From Acidobacteriota bacterium (lineage in GTDB: Bacteria; Acidobacteriota; Terriglobia; Bryobacterales; Bryobacteraceae), in the NCBI GenBank assembly GCA_016178155.1, contig JACOTZ010000166.1:1-52255 (forward strand): a stretch of 52,255 nucleotides of DNA, given 5' to 3'. Shown here piece after piece: positions 27,707 through 36,178 of this stretch. The first letter of the stretch is position 1. Every line of letters begins with the position of its first letter. Made by a program: the position numbers and the translations under genes. The notes under the pieces are model-generated. The model was not told the DNA's origin, did not search any database, and was given only the letters and a program-made list of their open reading frames with translations.

Positions 27707-28912
27707 CTACTTCACCGCAATCAGCGAGATCTCTTCGAGCCTCGGAGAGCGCCCTCGCTCGTCGGGCTTCCGCTCCACCGGCGCCAGAGGCTGCACCGTG
27801 GTGCGCGTCGGCTTCATCGCGGTGAAGTACTGGCCATACGTGCTGTTCATCTTTACGAATTCCTCGAGGTTGTCGAGGTATACGTTCGTCGCAACCACAT
27901 TCTGCAACCCCAGACCGGCCTCTTCCAGACCGTCGAGCAGGTTGCGCATGGTCTGCCGCACCTGGTGTTCCACGGTGGCGGCGTAAATCCCGCCGTTGGG
28001 GCCCGGGATGAACCCTGCCTTGGCGGAGCAGTAGAGCGTGTCGTCCGCCCACACGCAGGGGCTCGCGGTGGCGCTTGACGCCATGTTCTTCGGCCGCACG
28101 GCGCGCCGCTTCGCCGGATCGCGAATCGCAACGCCCGTAAACTCGATGTTCGTCCCGTGAGGAAGGCCGTGTACGCGGATGGTGGCGCGCGCGGGCGTGT
28201 TGCCGAACTCGAAATGCTTCGCGTAGATGCGATTCATCACGTCCATCGGCACCTTGTCGGTGAGGTACGGATTGACGAACACGAGATTGCGGAAATCCAT
28301 CCCGGCAGCGGTCAGCACCGATCGGATGCGGTCCAGCGCGAGCTGCACCTGCGCGGCGGGTTCGCTGGGAATCGCGCGGGTCTGCGGATCCCAACCCACC
28401 AGGCCGCTCAGGTACAGCCGGTCGCCGGCAAGCACACCCGCGGGAATGCCCGCCGTCCACCCGGGCGGGTTTACCGCACGCTTGCGGCTGAGGTCGCGAA
28501 TCGCCACGACCGTGATCTCCACCGGCGTGTCGGTGGGCATCTTGTATACCCCGAGCGTCGCCCGCGCCGGCCCGTTCCTGGGGAAGTACTTTCGCCAGGC
28601 CACGCCGATGCGCTCGTACTGCGAGACGTCGGCCATGTAAACCTGCGTATAGACGACGTGCTCCATCGTGAGGCCGGCGGTCTCAAGGATCGTCTGAATG
28701 TTCGAGAGCGTGTCGGCGACCTGCTCCTCGACGCTCGCCGCGAACTTACCTTCCTTGTTGCGCGCGCCCTGGCCGGATACGTAGAGAAATTCGCCGGCCC
28801 AGATGCCGGGGCTGTACGGGCCCACCGTCGTCGCCCCCGGCGGCGAGACCACTTTGAGCTCTGCCGCAAACAGCGCGGCAGCAAAAACCGCGATCAGAAA
28901 TGTCAGCTTCAT
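27707..28912 (-). CDS. Secreted protein made of three tandem RidA/YjgF/UK114 domains
   Basis: Sec signal MKLTFLIAVFAAALFAAE. Three units of about 128 aa follow, each with the family hallmark (GPYSPG..YVSGQ; P-A/T-R-A/T-T: PARATLGV, PARATIRV, PTRTTVQ). GAGGGAG Shine-Dalgarno upstream. Confidence 0.85.
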   Translation of the reverse strand: MKLTFLIAVFAAALFAAELKVVSPPGATTVGPYSPGIWAGEFLYVSGQGARNKEGKFAASVEEQVADTLSNIQTILETAGLTMEHVVYTQVYMADVSQYERIGVAWRKYFPRNGPARATLGVYKMPTDTPVEITVVAIRDLSRKRAVNPPGWTAGIPAGVLAGDRLYLSGLVGWDPQTRAIPSEPAAQVQLALDRIRSVLTAAGMDFRNLVFVNPYLTDKVPMDVMNRIYAKHFEFGNTPARATIRVHGLPHGTNIEFTGVAIRDPAKRRAVRPKNMASSATASPCVWADDTLYCSAKAGFIPGPNGGIYAATVEHQVRQTMRNLLDGLEEAGLGLQNVVATNVYLDNLEEFVKMNSTYGQYFTAMKPTRTTVQPLAPVERKPDERGRSPRLEEISLIAVK

Positions 28913-28921
28913 GCGTCTCCC

Positions 28922-30109
28922 TCACATCGGCGCGACCAGCCGCTTGCCGCGGCAGATCGTTAAACGGCTCACGATCCGCTTTTCGGTCTTCAGCAGGTTT
29001 TTCTGCGAATCGATGAGCTGGAAGCTCCCGCTCTCGATGGCAAGCAGTGCGAGGTCGGCGGGCCCGCCGGCGGTGATCGAGCCCATGCCGGGCAGCCGGT
29101 CCACCACGCGCGCGGGAGCGGCGGTACACTTCTCCACCACGTCGTCGAAACTCATGCCCAGCGCGAGCAGCTTGCTCATGGTGGTCGGCAGGTCGTACAC
29201 CGGGCCGTTGATGTTGCTGGAGTAGACGTCCGTGGAAATGGAATCGGGCGGAAAACCCTGCTCGAGCGCCTGGCGCGCGATCGCGAAGTTGAAGCTGCCC
29301 GACCCGTGGCCCACGTCGAAATGGACGCCGCGGCTGCGGGCCTCGCGCACACTCGCCCGCACCTTTTTGTTTGCGTCCAGGATGCCGATCGTATGCGTGT
29401 TGTAGCAGTGCGTGACCACGTCCCCAGGACGCATCTGCGGCATCACCTCGTCGGTTTCGGGCGGCGCGAAGCTGATGTGCGCCATCATCTTCAGCTTGTA
29501 TTTGTCGCACAGCTCGCGTGCGATCCGGAAGATCTCGGGCGAGTAGCGGCCGCTCATGTTCGAGCCGACCTGCACCTTGACCCCGAGAATGATGTCGCGG
29601 TTGCGCGTGGCAGTCTCGCCCGTGGCGCGCATCTGCGAGCGAATGTAGCGAATCGCGTCATCGTCCGGATTGCGGTCGTTCATGTACAGGTAGACAAAAC
29701 CGTATATCCGGACCTGCGCGGGATTCACGATAAAGCGGCGGAAGCCCGGCATTTGGGAGTAGCCGAACGTACCGGCGTCGACCCAGGTGGTGACGCCCGA
29801 GCGCGCCGCCACCGGGTCGGCTTCGATTCCCGTCGCTGTGGCGCTGTGATAGCAGTGCGTGTGCAAGTCGACCAGCCCCGGCACAACGTACAGGCCGGAC
29901 GCATCGATCACATCGAGAGCCCGTTCAGGCGCGATCCTGTCTTCGACGGCGGCGATGCGGCCGTTGCGGATCGCGACGTCGGCCCTGCGGCGCAGCTTCT
30001 GCCCGGGATCCCGCACCTCGCCGTTGCGGATGAGAATGTCATACGGGCGCTGCTGGGCGAGAGCGGCGGTGGCCCCGCCCAGCATGCTGACGAACGCGCG
30101 GCGGTTCAT
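28922..30109 (-). CDS. Tat-exported metal-dependent amidohydrolase (aminoacylase/dihydroorotase-like, EF_0837-type)
   Basis: ORF trimmed to MNRRAFVSMLGGATAALAQQ (twin-arginine signal). GLVDLHTHCY metal motif. The start overlaps the upstream stop (ATGA). Confidence 0.85.
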   Translation of the reverse strand: MNRRAFVSMLGGATAALAQQRPYDILIRNGEVRDPGQKLRRRADVAIRNGRIAAVEDRIAPERALDVIDASGLYVVPGLVDLHTHCYHSATATGIEADPVAARSGVTTWVDAGTFGYSQMPGFRRFIVNPAQVRIYGFVYLYMNDRNPDDDAIRYIRSQMRATGETATRNRDIILGVKVQVGSNMSGRYSPEIFRIARELCDKYKLKMMAHISFAPPETDEVMPQMRPGDVVTHCYNTHTIGILDANKKVRASVREARSRGVHFDVGHGSGSFNFAIARQALEQGFPPDSISTDVYSSNINGPVYDLPTTMSKLLALGMSFDDVVEKCTAAPARVVDRLPGMGSITAGGPADLALLAIESGSFQLIDSQKNLLKTEKRIVSRLTICRGKRLVAPM

Positions 30110-31692
30110 CAGGCCCGATACTTCCTGCGGTCGGCAGTCCATTCGCCGACCCCGTACTCGCCCAGCATGACCTGGCCGCTCATGGTCTCGCCCGAGACTT
30201 GACCGGCGAACTCATACGGCAGCGCGGTGCCCTCGTACGGATGGCGGCTGGAGAACCGGATTTCGGAGCCTTCGACCCAACCGTGCAGGTCGCCGCTCGT
30301 GACGTCGCCGCGGTGAGTGCCGGTCAGCTCGGCGTCCTTCTGCTCGAAAACCAGGTTGTGCTCGGCGGTTCCCACGAAGTACTTGAGATGGAGGTTCCAC
30401 TGGCCGGCGACGTTCGCGGCCGAACCCCCGGGTTTGGCCTGGCGCGCGGCGGCCGGCGGTTTCGCCAGTACCGCCTGGATGCGCTCGGCGACAACCTTGT
30501 GATCGCCGGGCTGCATCATGTAGGGCATGATCGTGATCGAGCTGGGCCGCGTGTTGGGCCTCGAAGCTCCGCCCAGGACGATGCGCGGATCGGACTCATA
30601 CAGATACTTCTCGACTTCGTGGCCGGCGATGCCGATCTTTTCGGCATCCCAGGTAATATCGAGCAGCGGCGCGCGGTTGGAGAGACCGCGTGGCGGGCGC
30701 ACTCGCGTGGTGACGCCGGGAACCTGGCTCGCGCGCTCGGCGATGTGGCCGATCCAGGACTCCCACGCTCGGTACTCGGCATCGTGGTCGCGCTTCACCC
30801 AGGTTTCCACCGCCGCCAGCATGCCCATGATTTCCTCTTTACCGACTTTGAGCGAGCGGCCGAAGGCGTGATGTGGCGCGCTGTTTAGCCAGGCGGCGCG
30901 CACCAGGTCCTTCTGGCCGAGCAGGAGGCCCGCCGATTGCGGCCCGCGGATGCACTTGCCTCCGCTGTAGCAGACCATGTGGGCGCCGGCCTGCAGATGC
31001 TTGTTCGGGATGGTCAGATGTTCGGCCGCCGCGTCCACCACTACCGGCACTCCCTTCTCGCGGGCGAGGCGTGAAATGGTCTGCGTCGACATCGGCTCAG
31101 CATCGGACGATGGTCCGGCCAAAACCATGACCATGGCGGTGCGCTCGCTAAACGCACGCTGCAGTTGGTCCGCTGTCGAGACCGTGATCATTTTGACCCC
31201 GAGCATGCGGATCGCGTGATCGTAAACGTTGCGCGAGTGGCGCGGCGCGATGACCTCGTTCTTGAGGCCAACAAGGTGGGGAAGCCGCTGCATCTTCTCC
31301 GGGTCGGCGCCGGCGATGCAGGCCGAGGTGGCGTGGGTCAGCGCGGCCGCGCAGCCGTTGGTCACAATGCCCCACTCGGCGCCCGTGAGTGCCGCCAGGC
31401 GCCGGCCGACTCCGTCCATCAGCTCGTCTAAATGTACGTAATGTTTGCTCGCTTCCATCATGGCCTGCCTGACTTCGGGCAGAAGAAGCGAGCCGCTCAC
31501 GATCGTGAATGTCCCCTTGCAGTTGATGAGCGGGCGAACTCCAATGGATTGATAGAGATTGGGGCCGATCTGGAGCGCCCCGCCTTCGACCGGCGCAGCC
31601 GCCGCGACGCCGGGCACGTAACGAAGCCCGGCGGCGAAACCCGTGTATTCGAACAGGCGGCGGCGGGTTAGATTCCTAAAACGTGCAAGCAT
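30109..31692 (-). CDS. SelA-related PLP-dependent enzyme (DgaE-like ammonia-lyase family) with Tat-like signal and an extra C-terminal beta-rich domain
   Basis: ORF trimmed to MLARFRNLTRRRLFEYTGFAAGL. The core PLINCKGTFTIVSGS...VCYSGGKCIRGPQSAGLLLG contains the PLP-lysine motif of the SelA-like family. About 110 extra C-terminal residues are present. Confidence 0.8.
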   Translation of the reverse strand: MLARFRNLTRRRLFEYTGFAAGLRYVPGVAAAAPVEGGALQIGPNLYQSIGVRPLINCKGTFTIVSGSLLLPEVRQAMMEASKHYVHLDELMDGVGRRLAALTGAEWGIVTNGCAAALTHATSACIAGADPEKMQRLPHLVGLKNEVIAPRHSRNVYDHAIRMLGVKMITVSTADQLQRAFSERTAMVMVLAGPSSDAEPMSTQTISRLAREKGVPVVVDAAAEHLTIPNKHLQAGAHMVCYSGGKCIRGPQSAGLLLGQKDLVRAAWLNSAPHHAFGRSLKVGKEEIMGMLAAVETWVKRDHDAEYRAWESWIGHIAERASQVPGVTTRVRPPRGLSNRAPLLDITWDAEKIGIAGHEVEKYLYESDPRIVLGGASRPNTRPSSITIMPYMMQPGDHKVVAERIQAVLAKPPAAARQAKPGGSAANVAGQWNLHLKYFVGTAEHNLVFEQKDAELTGTHRGDVTSGDLHGWVEGSEIRFSSRHPYEGTALPYEFAGQVSGETMSGQVMLGEYGVGEWTADRRKYRA

Positions 31693-31903
31693 GATGTACC
31701 TCTGTTTTCGTGGGTGAAAACTGCAAGTGTACCGCGATTTGCGCCGAAGTGGCGCCCTTCGATCGGGCCCGCCGCGTCTTCCGGGACCCAGTGGAGGCGG
31801 AGCCTTTTCATCCGTCGCTGTCCGCCGCAGGCGAATGAGCAACCGTCTTCTCGCCTTCTGAATTCGCTCTTCCTCCCCCACGCGGTAAACTGACAAGGAA
31901 CTC

Positions 31904-32950
31904 ATGAAAAAGGCCCTGATCACGGGGATCACCGGCCAGGATGGTTCTTTCCTCGCGGAGTTCCTCCTGGCCAAAGACTACGAGGTGCACGGCCTCATCC
32001 GCCGCGCCTCCACCTTCAACACCGATCGGCTCGACTCCATCTACATCGACCCCCACGAGCGCGGATCGTCCCTGCACCTCCACTATGGCGACCTGACCGA
32101 CGGCACGGGCACGCGGCGCGTCATCGAGAAGGTTCAGCCGGATGAGATCTATAACCTGGCCGCGCAGTCGCACGTGCGGGTGAGCTTCGATCAGGCCGAG
32201 TACACCGCGGACGTAGTCGCCACGGGCACGCTCCGGCTGCTCGAAGCCGTCCGCGATTACGTCTGGAACACCGGGCGGGAGGTCAGGTTCTATCAGGCGG
32301 GATCCTCGGAGATGTTCGGCGCGGCCACGCCGCCGCAAAATGAGACCACGCCGTTCTATCCCCGCAGTCCCTACGCGGTGAGCAAGGTCGCGGCGCATTG
32401 GTACGCGGTAAATTACCGCGAGGCCTACGGATTGTTCATCTGCAATGGCATCCTCTTCAATCACGAGTCCCCGCGCCGGGGCGAGACCTTCGTCACGCGC
32501 AAGATCACGCGGGCGCTGGCGCGCATCAAGTGCGGGAGGCAGGAGAAGCTTTACCTCGGCAATCTCGAGGCGCGGCGCGACTGGGGCTACGCTGGCGACT
32601 TCATCGAGGCGATGTGGCTGATGCTGCAGCATGGCGAGGCCGGCGATTACGTGGTGGCGACCGGCGAATCGCATTCCGTCCGCGAGTTCCTGGACGTGGC
32701 CGGCGACTGCTGCGGTGTTGCTTGGAACAAGCATGTCGAGATCGACTCCCGCTACTTCCGGCCGACCGAGGTCGATTTCCTGCTCGGCGATGCCTCGAAA
32801 GCGCGCCGGCAGCTCGGCTGGCGCCCGCGCATGAGCTTCCCTGAACTGGTGCGCATGATGATGGAGCATGACCTCGAGCTGGCTCGGCAGGAGCAGACGC
32901 TCGCCGCTGCCGGTCACCGGGTGATCACGCGCGGGGCCTCGCATGCATAA
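31904..32950 (+). CDS. gmd: GDP-mannose 4,6-dehydratase
   Basis: [40 protein letters not shown] and the full-length pattern. Confidence 0.95.
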   Translation: MKKALITGITGQDGSFLAEFLLAKDYEVHGLIRRASTFNTDRLDSIYIDPHERGSSLHLHYGDLTDGTGTRRVIEKVQPDEIYNLAAQSHVRVSFDQAEYTADVVATGTLRLLEAVRDYVWNTGREVRFYQAGSSEMFGAATPPQNETTPFYPRSPYAVSKVAAHWYAVNYREAYGLFICNGILFNHESPRRGETFVTRKITRALARIKCGRQEKLYLGNLEARRDWGYAGDFIEAMWLMLQHGEAGDYVVATGESHSVREFLDVAGDCCGVAWNKHVEIDSRYFRPTEVDFLLGDASKARRQLGWRPRMSFPELVRMMMEHDLELARQEQTLAAAGHRVITRGASHA

Positions 32951-33893
32951 GTCGTCCCGCGTTTTCGTCGCCGGGCACCGCGGATTGGTCGGCTCTGCCA
33001 TCTGCCGGCGCCTCCAGCAGCAAGACTACGCGAATCTCATCGTTCGCACGCGGCAGGAACTGGACCTGACCGACGCCGCCGCCGTCGAGCGATTCTTTAC
33101 CGGCGCCAAACCGGAGTATGTGTTCATGGCGGCGGCCAAAGTCGGCGGCATTCTGGCCAACGACACCTATCCCGCCGACTTCATCCGCGAGAATCTGGCG
33201 GTCCAGATCAACGTCATCGACGCCGCCCGCCGGCACGCCGTGGAAAAGCTCGCATTTCTCGGCTCGTCCTGCATTTACCCCAAGCACGCGCCGCAGCCGA
33301 TGAAAGAGGAGTACCTGCTCACCGGCCCTCTCGAGCCCACCAACGAGGCCTATGCCGTTGCGAAGATCGCCGGTATCAAGATGGTCCAGGCCTATTACAG
33401 ACAGTACGGGTTCTGCGGCATCAGCCTGATGCCGACGAACCTCTACGGACCCGGTGACAATTTCCATCCCCAGAACTCCCATGTACTCCCCGCGCTGCTG
33501 CGGAAATTTCACGAGGCGAAGCTCGCCGGCGCGCCCGAGGTGCTGGTTTGGGGCTCCGGAAACGCGCGCCGCGAATTTCTGCACGTCGACGACCTCGCGG
33601 ACGCGGCGCTCTTCCTGATGCTCCACTATGATTCGCCCGAGATCATCAACGTCGGCGCCGGCCAGGACCTGACGATTCGCGAGCTGGCGGAATTGGTCCG
33701 GCGCGTCACCGGCTATGGCGGCCGCATTGTCTTCGATACGTCGAAACCCGACGGCACGCCGCGCAAGCTGCTCGACATCTCGCGCATCCGGGCGCTCGGG
33801 TGGCAGCCGCGTATTCCGCTGGAAGAGGGCATCCGCAGCGCCTACGAGTGGTACGTCGGCACTGCCGCGCCGGCGCTCGTCAGCAGCCGTTAA
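32943..33893 (+). CDS. fcl: GDP-L-fucose synthase
   Basis: [31 protein letters not shown]. Overlaps gmd by 8 nt. Confidence 0.93.
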   Translation: MHKSSRVFVAGHRGLVGSAICRRLQQQDYANLIVRTRQELDLTDAAAVERFFTGAKPEYVFMAAAKVGGILANDTYPADFIRENLAVQINVIDAARRHAVEKLAFLGSSCIYPKHAPQPMKEEYLLTGPLEPTNEAYAVAKIAGIKMVQAYYRQYGFCGISLMPTNLYGPGDNFHPQNSHVLPALLRKFHEAKLAGAPEVLVWGSGNARREFLHVDDLADAALFLMLHYDSPEIINVGAGQDLTIRELAELVRRVTGYGGRIVFDTSKPDGTPRKLLDISRIRALGWQPRIPLEEGIRSAYEWYVGTAAPALVSSR

Positions 33894-34230
33894 TTAAGCC
33901 CGCAAACTGATGGCTCGATCCTTGTTCTCCAGTCTGCTCTTGCGGCTGATTGCCGGCCGCCGTTCCGGCTGCGCGACACAGGCCAAAGGAAAACCCGCCT
34001 GCGCGGCTCGGCGAAGTGCAAGGCGCGACACGGGGCCTGACCCGGGCGCGTGAGCCGGACAGGAGCCGTCCCTGCGTGCCGATGAGCTGCTCGCATCGTC
34101 CCGAATCGCACTGGCCTCGAGAACGCGGACCGCTCGTGCCGGTCCCTTCGAGAGGCATCGTCGAAGTGCGCCCCGATGGTTGTTTCCCGCTCTCCTCGCC
34201 TGCCGCGCTTGCCGCGCTGTCCGGTCCGCC

Positions 34231-35607
34231 TCAACCGGGGTCCGCGATCAGAAAGCGCCGGGGCGTTCTCGCAAGTTCCGCCGCCGCCTCCGCCGCGAGA
34301 TAGCCGCTGCGCACCGCGCCCTCCATCGTCGCCGGCCAGCCGGTGCGCGTCCAGTCGCCCGCGAGGAAGACGCCGGGCAGATGCGTCTTCGCTGCCGGGC
34401 GCTCCCGTTCCAATCCAGTCCGTGCGGAAAAGGTCGCACGTACTTCCTTGACTACGTGCGCCTTGAGGAGCCGCGCGCTCCGCGCCGCCGGAAAGAATTC
34501 GCCCAGTTCCGCGGCCGCCAGCGCGATAATCTCGTTCCGTGGCATCGGCGCCAATGCTCGCGAGGCGCTCACGACAAGCTGGATGTAGCGGCCCTCGCCC
34601 TTGTTGAAGGCCCACTGCATCGTGCGGTCCAGCAGCGTCGCGTGCGGCAGCTCCATCACGGGACGATCGAACCAGAGATGCACTCCGGTGATCGGAGCAT
34701 GCTCCATTTCGGGAACCTCGAGGTCCGCCAGCGCCCGCACCCGCTCGAACGGGACAGCAAGGATGACCGCGCCGGCGCGTGCTACCGTCCTTCCCGCGTG
34801 CGCGCATCCAGGCTCCACGCGCTCAACGGTTGTGCGCGGGTGCAGCCGCACGTTCGGCCACCGCGCCCACGCGGCCGTTCCATACAGGTCGCCGAGATGT
34901 ACCGCGGGGACGCCCATCTCGTAGGCATCGCCGCCCGCCAGGAAACCGAGGGCGAACACCTGAAATCCGTGGACCGCGGCCATGCGGTTGAGGTCTTCGT
35001 TGATTGCACTCACCAGCACCTGCCGCCAGAAACGCTCGATAGCGCCGGGCGTCTGGCGCTTTTCCTGCAACCATTCGAGCATCGTGATGCGGTCAAGGTC
35101 GCTCCGGCGATGGCGCTCGCGCGCGAGCGCCGCCATCGCGCGGGCAACGGCTATCTTGTCGGACACGGAGAGAAATCGCAGTCGGGCAAACGATCCCGCG
35201 AGGTGCAGCGGCGCTGGCAAGCGCCCTCCGCGCAGCGCCGAGATGCGTCCGCCGGGCTCGACGAAGTAATACTCGCGGTGGAAGCGGATGCGTTGCGAGA
35301 CCCCTAGCCGCTGGTAGAAATCGAGGAGGTTGCGGCAGCAGCGCAACAGGACGTGCTGGCAGTTGTCGATCGGTCCTTCACCGCCAGGCAGCTCGTAGGA
35401 AGCAGCCCGGCCACCCAGGAACGGCCGGGCTTCAAAGAGGTCCACCTCCCAGCCGCTCCCGCCGAGCGCCGCCGCGGCCGCCATTCCGGCCAGCCCGCCG
35501 CCCACGACGATTGCGGAGGGCACGGCAGTCTTAAGGCAGAGGGAACACGCGCGCGGGGTGGCCGCCTCCGCCGCCTCCGGAGATCTCGATGGCGAGCCAG
35601 AGGACAA
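34231..35607 (-). CDS. FAD-dependent desaturase/amine-oxidase family, HpnE-like
   Basis: IVVGGGLAGMAAA Rossmann motif, FEARPFLGGRA, and DNCQHVLLRCCRNLLDFYQRLG, which resembles hydroxysqualene dehydroxylase. The TTG start at 35607 is uncertain; the GTG at 35520 is equally plausible. Confidence 0.6.
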   Translation of the reverse strand: MSSGSPSRSPEAAEAATPRACSLCLKTAVPSAIVVGGGLAGMAAAAALGGSGWEVDLFEARPFLGGRAASYELPGGEGPIDNCQHVLLRCCRNLLDFYQRLGVSQRIRFHREYYFVEPGGRISALRGGRLPAPLHLAGSFARLRFLSVSDKIAVARAMAALARERHRRSDLDRITMLEWLQEKRQTPGAIERFWRQVLVSAINEDLNRMAAVHGFQVFALGFLAGGDAYEMGVPAVHLGDLYGTAAWARWPNVRLHPRTTVERVEPGCAHAGRTVARAGAVILAVPFERVRALADLEVPEMEHAPITGVHLWFDRPVMELPHATLLDRTMQWAFNKGEGRYIQLVVSASRALAPMPRNEIIALAAAELGEFFPAARSARLLKAHVVKEVRATFSARTGLERERPAAKTHLPGVFLAGDWTRTGWPATMEGAVRSGYLAAEAAAELARTPRRFLIADPG

Positions 35608-35677
35608 CTAAGGCAAACAGAATCAGAACTAGGTCAGAAGGCATGAGAATCTTTCCATTATCAACGCACGCCTGCCG

Positions 35678-36043
35678 CTACCTCCAATATCCCCGCCAAA
35701 GGCCGATCGCCGTCCCTATGAGCAGCCCCGTCGCCGGGAACGCCAGGATGGCCAGCGCCAGCCGCGGCAGGAAGGGCCATCCGGCGCTGGCCAGCACGAC
35801 GCCCGCTTGTGCCGCCAGAATCGGCGCGGCCACGAAAACCAGCGATCCCGCGACGCCGATCGCGCACCACGGGCAGTCGGGCGGGCCGGGCTGATGGATA
35901 TTGCAGTGCGCGTCAGCGCCCGCCCAGAGCGAGTGGCAGCCGCAACCGTACAACCAGCCGCAAAAATCGATCAGGAACACCAGCGAGACCGCCGCCGCCA
36001 CAAGGAAGAGAAGCGCCGATCGCATGACACGCCAGTGTCGCAT
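35678..36043 (-). CDS. Cys/His-rich three-TM membrane protein
   Basis: ORF 35678..36091 shortened, because the first ATG lies inside REP copy B. The loop CGWLYGCGCHSLWAGADAHCNIHQPGPPDCPWC sits between TM1 and TM2. Confidence 0.55.
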   Translation of the reverse strand: MRHWRVMRSALLFLVAAAVSLVFLIDFCGWLYGCGCHSLWAGADAHCNIHQPGPPDCPWCAIGVAGSLVFVAAPILAAQAGVVLASAGWPFLPRLALAILAFPATGLLIGTAIGLWRGYWR

Positions 36044-36046
36044 AAC

Positions 36047-36120
36047 GTGCCGTCCCGCATACCCCTTGCTAACGAGCGTGGAAGTGTTCATTCTGAGCCG
36101 GCGACCGTGAGGGAGCGGTT
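36047..36120 (-). repeat. REP-like palindromic intergenic repeat, copy B
   Basis: Its reverse complement reads AACCGCTCCCTCACGGTCGCCGGCTCAGAATGAACA...GGTATGCGGGACGGCAC. See copy A. Confidence 0.65.
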
Positions 36121-36178
36121 CCGGCTTGCTTCCACCGCCAGCCTATAAGCCGATCAGCCACGCTCGCGCTCATCGCCG

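Noticed and set aside
30109-31974. Reading the 621-aa ORF as genuine selenocysteine synthase SelA, using its full N-terminal extension.
   Set aside because: The first 94 residues are Arg/Pro-rich junk upstream of a good internal ATG. The protein lacks the SelA N-terminal tRNA-binding region and carries an export-type leader. No selB, selC or selD genes are nearby. The context fits the SelA-related lyase family instead.
33894-34230. The 337-nt convergent spacer between fcl and the HpnE-like gene, including a 44-codon ORF (MARSLFSSLLLRL...) and several ORFs of 60 to 300 aa.
   Set aside because: The translations are Arg/Ala/Pro-rich with no motifs, and no promoter, Shine-Dalgarno or terminator signals stood out. 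A weak resemblance of 34185-34225 to the REP 5' arm was too poor to call.
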